This document shows, piece after piece, positions 19,028 to 28,508 of a stretch of 64,000 nt of DNA. A program made the position numbers and the translations under genes. Numbering within the stretch: the stretch's first letter is position 1; every line of letters begins with the position of its first letter. This stretch comes from a virus (lineage: Duplodnaviria > Caudoviricetes). Location: the IMG/VR virus record IMGVR_UViG_3300015615_000196, positions 64,001 through 128,000 of that record, one strand, 5' to 3'. Below the pieces are notes generated by a model, which made no database searches, was not told where the DNA came from, and was given only the letters and a program-made list of their open reading frames with translations.

Positions 19028-19066
19028 CAAATGTACACTTAAATACGGGGAAGTCAAGAAAAGGTT
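19028..19066 (-). promoter_or_regulatory. tandem AAC-N16-CGT and TAnnTTTG promoters for leader 1
   Basis: GCAACCTTTTCTTGACTTCCCCGTATTTA...TACATTTG. Confidence 0.65.
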
Positions 19067-19281
19067 GCGAAAATTTCTGTCTTTTTTTCCTCAGTAGGTT
19101 TGTTGAAGAACCGTTCGTACTCTCTTATGGAACCTCTGAGCCTTCCTAAAGGACACGGAAGTATCGGGTAACACACCCAATATTCCAGCATTTTTTAAAT
19201 TCTGATTGGCTTGCGCCAGTGCATCTTGAAGGTGTACGATTTGCTCACCGAGTTTATACACCTGCATTTCTCTCAAGTTTC

Positions 19282-19986
19282 TCATATGTCAAAATTGAAT
19301 CCACCTTTTTTCAATTGTTCGTATTTTTCTTTGTTGAACTGGAAGATGATCGCTCGTCTTCCGATGTGACCAGATGTTTTCTTTCTTGTGTTTCGAAGAA
19401 GGTTGTATCCGTTGATCTTCTTCATGAAGTTTCTTCGATCAAGACCTTCTCCAAGAATCGCTTCATAAAGTGCAAAGAGATCACTCATGGTAAATTCTTC
19501 CGGCAAGAGATCAAATCCAATCGGCTCATACTTAATCTTGTTCTGCAATCTTTCGAAAGCATAGGCCATGATCTTGTAATGATCAAATGCAAATTGCAGT
19601 TTGAGGGTGTCTTTGAGTGGGAACCACTTTACTTCTTTTGCATGAAGATTCGGTGACAGAGAATGATTCTCTGGATTGATCAACACGTAGTATGAGATTG
19701 AAATGATTCTTTCTCGTGGATCACGTTTCACATCCGTGAACGTGTAGAGTTGTTCAAGGTACGTGAGATCGATGTTGGTTTCTTCTTTAAGTTTTCGGAT
19801 GACTGCTTTCTCAGCATTCTCCGTGTCCTCAATGAAACCACCGGGTAACGCCCACTTGTTGAGGTACGGCTCAAATGCTCTCTTGATCAAGAGGACATTC
19901 AGCTTCTTCTCAATGTAAGCAAAAACTATCGCGTCAACAGTAACCTTCATTTTCAACAAATTTATCAATTTTTCCTTGAATTCCAA
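19282..19986 (-). CDS. nrtR: NrtR-family Nudix + wHTH regulator
   Basis: WALPGGF, EQLYTF..RDPRER, LAF-like FAFDH, FTMSDL...DRRNF. Confidence 0.88.
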   Translation of the reverse strand: MEFKEKLINLLKMKVTVDAIVFAYIEKKLNVLLIKRAFEPYLNKWALPGGFIEDTENAEKAVIRKLKEETNIDLTYLEQLYTFTDVKRDPRERIISISYYVLINPENHSLSPNLHAKEVKWFPLKDTLKLQFAFDHYKIMAYAFERLQNKIKYEPIGFDLLPEEFTMSDLFALYEAILGEGLDRRNFMKKINGYNLLRNTRKKTSGHIGRRAIIFQFNKEKYEQLKKGGFNFDI

Positions 19987-20389
19987 AGTACTTTTTTATC
20001 GGTAACCAGTCGGTTTCCGCATCGAAACCTGCCTTGTCTTCAAACAGTACGTTGAAGTACGGCTTGTCTTCGTAGTACCCGTAGGTTGTGTTTTTCACAT
20101 CGGGGTTGTTGTTCACGTACTCGAACAGAATACCATGTGAAGCAAAGAAGCCCATATAACGGTCGATCTCCTTCGGATATGAACAGGTAAAGAGTGCAAT
20201 CGTCACGTCCTTACGTCTTGAAAGGTATTGCAGTACTTCCTTGGCGTGAGGATAGAACTTCAACGGATCAGCGTTATTGTAATCCGGGTAGAGGATCGTT
20301 TCGTGAATATCAAAGTAGAAATATACTTTGTCCCATCCACGCTTCTGCATGTTCTTGAATGTCTTGTCGATTGCTTTGAGTACGCTCAT
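19934..20389 (-). CDS. HAD-like hypothetical protein
   Basis: FDIHETIL, LFTCS, KPYFNVLFEDKAGF. Confidence 0.6.
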   Translation of the reverse strand: MSVLKAIDKTFKNMQKRGWDKVYFYFDIHETILYPDYNNADPLKFYPHAKEVLQYLSRRKDVTIALFTCSYPKEIDRYMGFFASHGILFEYVNNNPDVKNTTYGYYEDKPYFNVLFEDKAGFDAETDWLPIKKYFGIQGKIDKFVENEGYC

Positions 20390-21297
20390 TGTGTCAAAAT
20401 TGTTTTAAGTGCTTTATGGAATTCTCCTGCTACTTCAACTTCTTTGAAGCCGATGTAGCTTTTTGCTTGCTCTGGATATGGCAATGTATTTGTTGTATAC
20501 ACAAACGGTGTATGAGGGCATACAGCAAACTTAGTCACTGCAACACCAGAAAACAAACCGTGTGCAGCAAAAACATATACGTTTTTCGCTCCGTTTTCTT
20601 TTAGGGTATCGATTGCTTTCAGGATCGTTCCACCTGTGTCGATCATGTCGTCCACAAGAATTACATCACAATCAGTAACGTCTCCTATCAAGGTCATCTT
20701 CTCAACCTTGTTTGCTTCCTTTCTTTCCTTGTCGATTATCGCGAAACCACAACCTAATGCCTGTGCATATTTCTTTGCACGTTTCATTCCACCCAAGTCA
20801 GGAGAAATGATTTTCGGGTTCTTGAGATCGATGGCTTTGATTTCATCAACCAGCAATCCCATTGGATCGAGATTGTAGAATGGTATCTTGTAGAACCCTT
20901 CAATGGCTGTTGTGTGAACATCCATTGTAACCAGTCGATCAAGACCAGCTACTTGAAGCATATCAGCAAGCAAACGTGCTGAGATCGTAGTCCTAACCTT
21001 TTCTTCTCTGCGTTCCTGACGAGAGTGTGGAAGGTATGGGATAATGCCAATGATCTCCCGTGCACTTGCTCTACGAGCAGCGTCAATGGTTTCAAGAAGT
21101 TCGAAAATGTCTTCATACGTTCTTGGTTGTGACACAACCACAATCGATTCATTACGAACCGATTCTTCAATGACAACGGTGATCTCACCATTGGCAAATT
21201 TGGTTTTGTGAATTTGACCAAGAGTATATCCAGCATTACACTTTACAAGTTTCTTGGTGAATTCTTCGCTGTTCGATTGTGGGAATATCTTTACCAT
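20386..21297 (-). CDS. prs: ribose-phosphate pyrophosphokinase (Prs/Adps-like)
   Basis: FANGE, PYLPHSRQ, MDVH, SPDLGG, VDDMIDTGGT. Confidence 0.92.
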   Translation of the reverse strand: MVKIFPQSNSEEFTKKLVKCNAGYTLGQIHKTKFANGEITVVIEESVRNESIVVVSQPRTYEDIFELLETIDAARRASAREIIGIIPYLPHSRQERREEKVRTTISARLLADMLQVAGLDRLVTMDVHTTAIEGFYKIPFYNLDPMGLLVDEIKAIDLKNPKIISPDLGGMKRAKKYAQALGCGFAIIDKERKEANKVEKMTLIGDVTDCDVILVDDMIDTGGTILKAIDTLKENGAKNVYVFAAHGLFSGVAVTKFAVCPHTPFVYTTNTLPYPEQAKSYIGFKEVEVAGEFHKALKTILTQ

Positions 21298-21299
21298 GA

Positions 21300-21581
21300 T
21301 TACATGAATTTAATGACTTTCAAAATTTGTTCGTAGGACATTTCGTTTAGCATGTTCTCGGCTTTCTCCAAGTACTGCCTTCTTGACGATCCCGGATTCT
21401 TCCAGCTTTCGTAAAACCAACCACACTGGTCTTCGTGTGCCCAATGACATTGTTTCTCGTGCAAGAGTTCTGCAACCCTTTGTACTTCTGTCAAACCATT
21501 GAAAGCAACTCTCTGTGCTTTCAAATCTCGAATTTGTTTTTCGAGTTCAAGGATTTTGTCGTCAATATCAAAAATCTTCAT
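21300..21581 (-). CDS. hypothetical protein
   Basis: 93-aa ORF in operon. Confidence 0.55.
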   Translation of the reverse strand: MKIFDIDDKILELEKQIRDLKAQRVAFNGLTEVQRVAELLHEKQCHWAHEDQCGWFYESWKNPGSSRRQYLEKAENMLNEMSYEQILKVIKFM

Positions 21582-21604
21582 AACCGTAAGTTTAAAGAAG
21601 TGGC

Positions 21605-23245
21605 TTACGCAGCCACTTCTTGATGTTGATACTTATTCAGCAATGCTTCTCTTGTGTCGAGTACGAACTTGCTTGCAGGGTAGTTCTTGTTCTCTGCGGT
21701 TTCGAGAGAATTCGGCATCGAATTGAATTGCTCTTTAATTCTTGCCTTTATCGTCAAGAAATCATCATCTTGACCTACACCATATGGTTCTTCAATTCGA
21801 GCACCGTTGAAGTACTCAACCATTGCGTTCTCGCCTTCTTCATTTGCGTTCACGATGGTTTCTTTGTTTGCAATGGCTTCGGCAGAACGAAGAACTTTGA
21901 ATGGGCCGGGTAATGTGGTCTTACCCACTTCACCGAATTTAACCACTGGCTTGTCATCAGTTCCAACTGCACAAAGTGCGTATTTGGCAGAAAGGTTGTC
22001 GCGTTTCAGTGCGTTTCTCAAACCACCACCAACACCGAACAATCCCCATGAGTAAGGCATGAAACCTCTTTCGATCATTGCATCGATGATGGTTTTCATT
22101 TCACCGAAGGTCATACCGTCCCCTTCAATGAAGTGGAGAGTAGTAGCGAATTTCCATTCTTTACCTGCAATTACTTTGGTTGTAAACAAACCATTGTCCA
22201 CTGCAAGTTGGCAAGTCCAAAGAACTTGTTCAAGTGCATCACCAGAGTCAGGACGAGCAACTACGATCTTGCCGTTGTTTTCGGCAACGCTACGCTTTGC
22301 AAGCGGGAGGTGATAGTTCTTTACTGCATAGAAGTAATCGTAGCAGTCACCAACCATTGAAACAAGTTCATCGTTAGCAGATGCTTCGTAGATTGCAGTG
22401 TAGCAATCACCTTCGAATTCGTATGATTGAACGTTTCTGTGTGCAAGTGCATTCACAGAAGAGAAAATTCCAGTCGTGTCTTTTCCTTCACTGTTCTTGT
22501 ATGCTTGGTATGCACCAGCAAACGTGTCAGTTCCACCGAAGGTGTACAGGTGAACCATTCCGAGCATTTCTGATTCCTCAGCAACGATACCAGCACGATC
22601 ACCAAAGTCGTGAAGCATGATACTGGCAAAGAAGTCAGCTTCGGCATCACTCAATTCAGGATTGATTCTCTTGAAGGTACTCTTCAAGTATGCAAACCAG
22701 TGTTGATTTTGCGTTACACGCTCACTTGCTGCCCATACGTGCAAAAGTTTGCTTTCAAACCATGCACCAAGTACACCAACTTGTTCTTCGGTCAAACCGA
22801 CACTGGTAACTTGAATTACGGGTTCGTTCGGGTATACCACGCTACCTTCCGGCATGGCAAGGATTTGAATCGGAGGACGACCGTTGTATTTGTCAACAAC
22901 CAATCTCCACAGTTCTTCCGGCACATAGAATCTCTTGAATCCTTTGGTAGTGACTTTCGCCATCTTCAAGAATTCAATTGCTTCATCGATCTCAGCATGT
23001 GTGATCGGTTCGTAGAACAGTTTATCCAGAATTGGTTGCAGACCATTGAAAATGATCTTGTCATTTCCCTTCACATAAAGTTCAGGGTTGATCGATGCCA
23101 ATCGTCTGCGGAAGGTAATGTAGTAGGTCGATTTATCTTTTGCATCTTGGCTTTCGAATGGATTTGAACCAATCGTGTATGCGTCTGCAACTAAAAGTCT
23201 CGGAGTTTTGTGGACTCTGCGCTTGGGTAATTTAACGGTTTTCAT
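21605..23245 (-). CDS. nadV: nicotinamide phosphoribosyltransferase (NadV/NAMPT-like)
   Basis: DAY, PEGS, LHDFGDRA, GTDT, DCYD, RPDSGD, EGDG, FGVGGGL. Confidence 0.88.
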   Translation of the reverse strand: MKTVKLPKRRVHKTPRLLVADAYTIGSNPFESQDAKDKSTYYITFRRRLASINPELYVKGNDKIIFNGLQPILDKLFYEPITHAEIDEAIEFLKMAKVTTKGFKRFYVPEELWRLVVDKYNGRPPIQILAMPEGSVVYPNEPVIQVTSVGLTEEQVGVLGAWFESKLLHVWAASERVTQNQHWFAYLKSTFKRINPELSDAEADFFASIMLHDFGDRAGIVAEESEMLGMVHLYTFGGTDTFAGAYQAYKNSEGKDTTGIFSSVNALAHRNVQSYEFEGDCYTAIYEASANDELVSMVGDCYDYFYAVKNYHLPLAKRSVAENNGKIVVARPDSGDALEQVLWTCQLAVDNGLFTTKVIAGKEWKFATTLHFIEGDGMTFGEMKTIIDAMIERGFMPYSWGLFGVGGGLRNALKRDNLSAKYALCAVGTDDKPVVKFGEVGKTTLPGPFKVLRSAEAIANKETIVNANEEGENAMVEYFNGARIEEPYGVGQDDDFLTIKARIKEQFNSMPNSLETAENKNYPASKFVLDTREALLNKYQHQEVAA

Positions 23246-23269
23246 ATCAGTAAGTGTTTATTGTAATTG

Positions 23270-24184
23270 TTATTTCGTGAGTTTGTGCTTCAAGAGTGCA
23301 AGCAAATGTTGATGTTCCCCAACTACTTCGGTAGCGTTGAGTGTCTTCACATTGAACCAACGTACTTCTGTGATGTCATCATTTGCTTTTTCTGAACCAC
23401 CACCGAAAACTTTCTTTGCTTTGAAGAACGTAGTCATGATTGATCTTCCGTTTTCCGAACGGTATCTCCAATCTTTTACTTTTGCCGAAGCGATGTACTG
23501 GATGTCATCGATTTCAACACCAGTTTCTTCGTATGCTTCTCTGCGAACAGTTTGTTCGAGACTTTCATCTGCAACATCAGCGAAACCACCAATGAAACGG
23601 AATTCAACTTCGTCTTTCTTACGGCCAAGCAGAACCTGACTTTCGTCTTCATTCATGATGGCTACATCGATTGTCGGGTGAACGAAGTCGTAGGTATTGT
23701 AGCAAGCGTAGATTACACCAGCACGAAATTCTTTGATACGTTCCACCTTCTTTGAAACCGACTTTCTGATTTCGGTAGCAGACACCATTGATTGTGGAAC
23801 AAGTTCGTTTACATCAAATTTGCCGTGATAGTGAGGGATGAATGAATCGCGTGATCCGTAAAGAACGACTGAACCAAGTGGAAATACTTCTCTGATCTTG
23901 GTATCAACTTGTGCTGACCATACGTTGTCTGATTTCTTGTCGTGTAACGGAAGAATCATTGAGATTTTGTTTCCGTAGACTTCTTCAAACATTACCTTTC
24001 TTGACATGAAGTCAAGTGGATTTGTTTTTGTTGAGAGTGTGGGTGATACCCCTAAGAAAAGGAGAACCCTTTCGTGGCGACTGATAACTTCATCGATCAG
24101 TGCCTTGTGTGCTTCGTGGAGTTCATGGATTTGAAAACGTCCGATGATGACTCCGATGTCGTATTTTTTCTTTAAGTCTTCCAT
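23270..24184 (-). CDS. nadM: bifunctional NMN adenylyltransferase / ADP-ribose Nudix hydrolase
   Basis: GRFQIHELHEAH, NPL, SATEIR; Nudix GGFAD...RREAYEETG, ANDD. Confidence 0.9.
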   Translation of the reverse strand: MEDLKKKYDIGVIIGRFQIHELHEAHKALIDEVISRHERVLLFLGVSPTLSTKTNPLDFMSRKVMFEEVYGNKISMILPLHDKKSDNVWSAQVDTKIREVFPLGSVVLYGSRDSFIPHYHGKFDVNELVPQSMVSATEIRKSVSKKVERIKEFRAGVIYACYNTYDFVHPTIDVAIMNEDESQVLLGRKKDEVEFRFIGGFADVADESLEQTVRREAYEETGVEIDDIQYIASAKVKDWRYRSENGRSIMTTFFKAKKVFGGGSEKANDDITEVRWFNVKTLNATEVVGEHQHLLALLKHKLTK

Positions 24185-24185
24185 A

Positions 24186-24554
24186 CTACTTTTGGATTAA
24201 TAAGCGTGATTCTTCGTTGAGTTTATTTTCGTTGACCATCAATACGATGTCTTCAACTGAGAAGTGCGGATTTGCAATACGCACGTTTTTGTATTTGAAA
24301 AATTCTCTGGTCTCGTGATCTTCGGCAGCTTGAATTGCTTTGAGTACGCTGTAGACGATTTCAGTGGTGGTCATGTGGAATGACATTGCCCACTTTCTAC
24401 ATTTTTGTTTTTCAAGGTTTCCGGTCTTTTCATCTTCACCATCAAAAATCACCTGAATCATAGGGCGATCTCCATCCATAAAGGTCAGTACTTCCCATCC
24501 CTTTTTATAGGTGATGTTAGCTACTACGTTCTTTATGTCTTCGAGTGTATTCAT
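24186..24554 (-). CDS. hypothetical protein
   Basis: Probable start MNTLEDIK; CRKW...EDHETREFFKY. Confidence 0.55.
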   Translation of the reverse strand: MNTLEDIKNVVANITYKKGWEVLTFMDGDRPMIQVIFDGEDEKTGNLEKQKCRKWAMSFHMTTTEIVYSVLKAIQAAEDHETREFFKYKNVRIANPHFSVEDIVLMVNENKLNEESRLLIQK

Positions 24555-24717
24555 ATTCCTGTAATTTTTACACAAATTCAAGTGGTCAAATAAAAATGGC
24601 TCTTTCGCCATCATCTATAAATACGTGTAATTCATGTCAAAGTTACACAAATTACTTACGCTGTCAACAAAAATCTTCAAATATCTCATAAGTGCCTGAT
24701 ATTCAGGCCAATTATTT

Positions 24718-25017
24718 TCAACACATGTTCTCGATTTCGTCCTGAAAAAGGAAGATTTGCTCCTTATACCACAGTATGTTGTCGTAATTGGGACGTTCTT
24801 CATCGGTGAACTTTTTGATTAGGACTTCCACCCTCTTTAACTGGTCAGTACCCTCAAAAATGTCCTTGTACCAGAATTGGGTATAGCAGTAGAAATACCC
24901 GATTTCACTCAGCATTATTGTGCGGAGTTGCTTTGTATCATCCGGCAGGTGTTTGTAGGTATTGGGGTCATCCAAATCTACCGTTTGTCCAAAGGGACTG
25001 GTTCTGAATTCTCTCAT
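24718..25017 (-). CDS. hypothetical protein
   Basis: ORF in overlapping gene run. Confidence 0.55.
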   Translation of the reverse strand: MREFRTSPFGQTVDLDDPNTYKHLPDDTKQLRTIMLSEIGYFYCYTQFWYKDIFEGTDQLKRVEVLIKKFTDEERPNYDNILWYKEQIFLFQDEIENMC

Positions 25018-25619
25018 TTGAATAGGGTAGCAATCATCAGGAAATGTTCTCCTTCGGTTGCTGGTAATGTGGTGTAACCGTCTTTGAGACGAATACCTTT
25101 GATCGTATCACCAAACTTGTCATGGAAGTCAATTTGGTCGATCACTTCACCGATGTCCGGTTTCAAGAAGAATCGTGAACTTGATTTTACGAGAAACATG
25201 ATGTCCTTGTATTCCCTCAAACCTTCAACGAGTTTCTCTTCCGTTTTTGTTGCATCAAAAGTCAATGAAACGTTTCTCGGCTTTTCCAGTACTTTTTTCA
25301 TTGCCTCTTCATTGAGAGGATAGTAGCCATGTACAGTACCAACTCCTTTGTTTTCAAGAACAACAATCTTGGCATGACTCAGGAACTTGCGAATGTCTTC
25401 GTCAGTAGACTTACCGTACTTGTAGTACAGTCCGCTCAAATCGTAAGGAGGAAGTTTTTTCTTCTGCTCCTGCTCGAACGCAAACTCTTGGTGTGCATCC
25501 CCCAAGAAATGAAGACACGCAGTCTTTATTTTTTCGGGATCGGGATGTTGCAGAAAATACGACCGGAGGTCTTCAATGCTGTTGAATTGATCCACCGTGA
25601 TTTTTTCAGTCGTTTCCAT
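25014..25619 (-). CDS. hypothetical protein
   Basis: 201-aa ORF overlapping neighbours. Confidence 0.6.
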   Translation of the reverse strand: METTEKITVDQFNSIEDLRSYFLQHPDPEKIKTACLHFLGDAHQEFAFEQEQKKKLPPYDLSGLYYKYGKSTDEDIRKFLSHAKIVVLENKGVGTVHGYYPLNEEAMKKVLEKPRNVSLTFDATKTEEKLVEGLREYKDIMFLVKSSSRFFLKPDIGEVIDQIDFHDKFGDTIKGIRLKDGYTTLPATEGEHFLMIATLFK

Positions 25620-25806
25620 TATTGAGTTGTTTTAAGATTTCCTTCTTTCCTTGTTGCCGTGCACTTTTCTTGAGTGAACGGTTTGCATTACGGGCTTCAT
25701 CCCGTGATGCTTTGGTAGCGTATTTACGTTCACCGATGATCTCTCCTTCAAACTTACCCTTCTTGCCTTTGGCATTGTAAGGGGTTAAATTCTTCGTCCT
25801 ACTCAT
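25606..25806 (-). CDS. small basic protein
   Basis: 66 aa, K/R-rich. Confidence 0.5.
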   Translation of the reverse strand: MSRTKNLTPYNAKGKKGKFEGEIIGERKYATKASRDEARNANRSLKKSARQQGKKEILKQLNNGND

Positions 25807-26185
25807 GACGATTTCGTTTTTTTGAAATTATGGCTCTCACTTTTTTCCGAGACAAAACAGCTTCGCTCAGTTCTTCTTTTGTTATACGCTTCTCGGCCAA
25901 AAGTTTATCCGTAAACTTATTGAAAAGATACAAACTATGGTTCCTGACTTCCAGTTGATCTATCGCCTTGTTCATTTTCTTGCGATAGTGATTGACTTTC
26001 TTGTCAAGAGTCGATATGCTTTTCTTCGTTATCATTTGGTTTTTCGGTCTTTGCTTTTTCAAAAGCAGTGGAGATCGTGTTGACAATCTCCACCACTTGT
26101 TTATGTAAGTAACTATTTTGGTTCACACCAAAAAACTTGGCAGCACTTGCAGAATGAACCAGCCGATATATTTCTTCCTTGTCCA

Positions 26186-27295
26186 TTACGCTTCATCATC
26201 TTGGAAGAATGGCTTCGACCATTCCGGTTCAAGTACTCTCCAAATAAGGTTCGCATATTCTCTTCCTTCAAACATTTTGAAAGCCACAGCAGAGTTACCA
26301 ACTTTGTTTCTCAAAATGATTTCAGCAAACTCCTTCTTTGAAGTTGGGTCTTTCATGGTTTGCTTTACAAGATCAACACGAGCCTTTTCTCTCCATTCCA
26401 TGTCCTTGTATTGCTCTGTAAGCAAAGCAACTTGCTTTCTGACCCATTCATCGAATTCGTCAGGTGTACGATCAAGCAATTCGTTGATGCTTCTACCGTC
26501 TCTCAAACACATCCAAATATCTTTGGTAGATACGTTGGTGATGATCGAGTGCAAACGGCAGTAGTCTTCGAACTTCAATTTCATACGGAAGTTACCACGT
26601 CTCATGACATAACCTTCTTCGTTAAGAACGTTACGTGCCTTCAATTCAGCGATGTCGGTAATCGGACTGTATCTCTTTACGATTTCCATCTGTGGACATT
26701 CCACAGCCATCTTAGCGACCATTTCATCGTAAGTGAAGTCGTAACCAGTTCCCCGGTCGATGATTCCCAACAACACCAATCTTTCAGCACCGTTGTAGTC
26801 AACCACAATTCGGTTTGTTGGATAAATGATTTCAACCAAGTACGTGTTGTGCTTGTTCATTTTAGACAACTCATATCTCTTCAACATTTCTGTTGCATAG
26901 ATCGCCTGATCTGACTTGAAGCTACCTCTGGTTGCGATGTGCCAAATATCTGCGTAGTTGAAAATGATTCCAAGAGAACCATCCATCTTGTCGTAGATTT
27001 CGTAGGCATTGAACGGAAGCAATGACTTCAATCCGTAAAATTGTTCAGCGTAGGATGAACCAGCAACTGTCAATAGTTCTTCGTAGTTGAAAAACTTCAT
27101 GAACGGAATAGCTACCGTGTCGTAGTTCTGGTCGATGACAAGTCCACGAGAAAGCAAAGTATATTCGTTCCACATACGTTCAAACTGTGCTTGACGTGTG
27201 TAGTTCAAAATCTGCAAAGGATAGTCAGGATGGGTGTTCGCCATCAAATATCCTTCGGCAATCATGGACAATATCTTATCCTTATCGAGTCTCAT
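26186..27295 (-). CDS. RNA ligase 1 (T4 RnlA-like)
   Basis: LNYT, SRGLV, KFFN, KMDGSL, ATRGSF, EIIYP.NRIVVDY, EEGYV, KLKFEDY; probable start MRLDKD. Confidence 0.92.
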   Translation of the reverse strand: MRLDKDKILSMIAEGYLMANTHPDYPLQILNYTRQAQFERMWNEYTLLSRGLVIDQNYDTVAIPFMKFFNYEELLTVAGSSYAEQFYGLKSLLPFNAYEIYDKMDGSLGIIFNYADIWHIATRGSFKSDQAIYATEMLKRYELSKMNKHNTYLVEIIYPTNRIVVDYNGAERLVLLGIIDRGTGYDFTYDEMVAKMAVECPQMEIVKRYSPITDIAELKARNVLNEEGYVMRRGNFRMKLKFEDYCRLHSIITNVSTKDIWMCLRDGRSINELLDRTPDEFDEWVRKQVALLTEQYKDMEWREKARVDLVKQTMKDPTSKKEFAEIILRNKVGNSAVAFKMFEGREYANLIWRVLEPEWSKPFFQDDEA

Positions 27296-27492
27296 ACCCG
27301 TAATTATACGCAAAACTTGTCAAAAGGTTGCATTAGGCTTTACCGAATTTCTTGAAGTACTCTTTGCAGTACTTCTCAGAAACAGACTGTACACAAATCC
27401 CCGTAACAAAGATTCCTGTAAGGGTATTGTATGCCACGTACTGTTCGTTCTGACGGTCGAATGCAATGTGGATGGTCTTATGTTTGGCAGTC

Positions 27493-27918
27493 TTAGACAT
27501 TTTCTTCTGTTAAAAGCAGAATGATTGAACGCAATCTCTCTGCGGTGTTGACGTGATGTGCGATAGCTGTAGTAAACGCTTTTGATTTGACCGTGTACTT
27601 TTTCAACTTCCCACTTTTCAATTGTTTGAATCCCACTGCCTCAGTTTCCGGTTCGTGGATCATCAAGATACCACAATTCGGATTTTGAGCAGGGAATCGT
27701 TTCGTTCCATTAATGAAACGAAATTCATAACGGTAGAATGGGGGTTGCATTCGCCACACTGTTCGTCCAATCACATCCGGCTTCTCCATCGGAGTGAAGC
27801 CGTAGTTCTTTAAGATTTCATCCGTGATCTTGTTGTATCTGGTCAACGGATAACCGACAATATCGTATGCCCGTTTACGGGTTTCTTCTTTCTGTGCTGT
27901 CTTTTTCATAAAGTTCAA
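27493..27918 (-). CDS. hypothetical protein
   Basis: 141-aa ORF. Confidence 0.55.
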   Translation of the reverse strand: MNFMKKTAQKEETRKRAYDIVGYPLTRYNKITDEILKNYGFTPMEKPDVIGRTVWRMQPPFYRYEFRFINGTKRFPAQNPNCGILMIHEPETEAVGFKQLKSGKLKKYTVKSKAFTTAIAHHVNTAERLRSIILLLTEENV

Positions 27919-28129
27919 GTTTACGTTTTAATGCTTCTACGGTAAGACTGTCTTTAACATATTGCATTCGGTCATATTTTTTGTCTCGTCTATTGCTTTC
28001 TTCAATGTGGTCGCTTATCGCAGTCGCGAAGGACACCGCACCAACAATGAAGGTCAATGCAGCAATCACAACGATAAACACCTGCACGTATAACCAAATG
28101 TCCTTTAATATTTTAACGAGCCTATCCAT
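27875..28129 (-). CDS. membrane hypothetical protein
   Basis: One TM helix. Confidence 0.55.
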   Translation of the reverse strand: MDRLVKILKDIWLYVQVFIVVIAALTFIVGAVSFATAISDHIEESNRRDKKYDRMQYVKDSLTVEALKRKLELYEKDSTERRNP

Positions 28130-28508
28130 TCTTCAATTTTGATTTGATCTGTTTTATTTTCAAGAAGATCATATCTCTTGAAAGTGCTGTGTTCTTGAAT
28201 TGACTCAGGTACTTTCCATCTTGATACGGATAGCAAGTCAGCACATCGTACAGATTATAGGTTCCTTTTCGTTTCTTGGCGATGAAAATTACGTTCTCCG
28301 CTTTGATTATGGTTAACCCCAACTGCCCATACTTCTCATACAGGTAGAGGATATATCGGGGACAATCATCGTAAACTTTGTTCGTGATGTCTGCTCCGGT
28401 AATCATCTGCTTGATGATTGTGATATTGAGATTGTCAACAGAGTTTAGTCCATTGAGAATACGTTCAACGTATCTTTCTCGGCAGTGTTGTGTTAACCAG
28501 AATTTCAT
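28122..28508 (-). CDS. hypothetical protein
   Basis: LTQHCRERYVER...VLTCY. Confidence 0.55.
   Translation of the reverse strand: MKFWLTQHCRERYVERILNGLNSVDNLNITIIKQMITGADITNKVYDDCPRYILYLYEKYGQLGLTIIKAENVIFIAKKRKGTYNLYDVLTCYPYQDGKYLSQFKNTALSRDMIFLKIKQIKSKLKNG

Noticed and set aside
18881-19066. T-box riboswitch explanation for the leader regions
   Set aside because: No T-box bulge (UGGNACC) or stem I was seen; short codon-biased ORFs explain the layout better.
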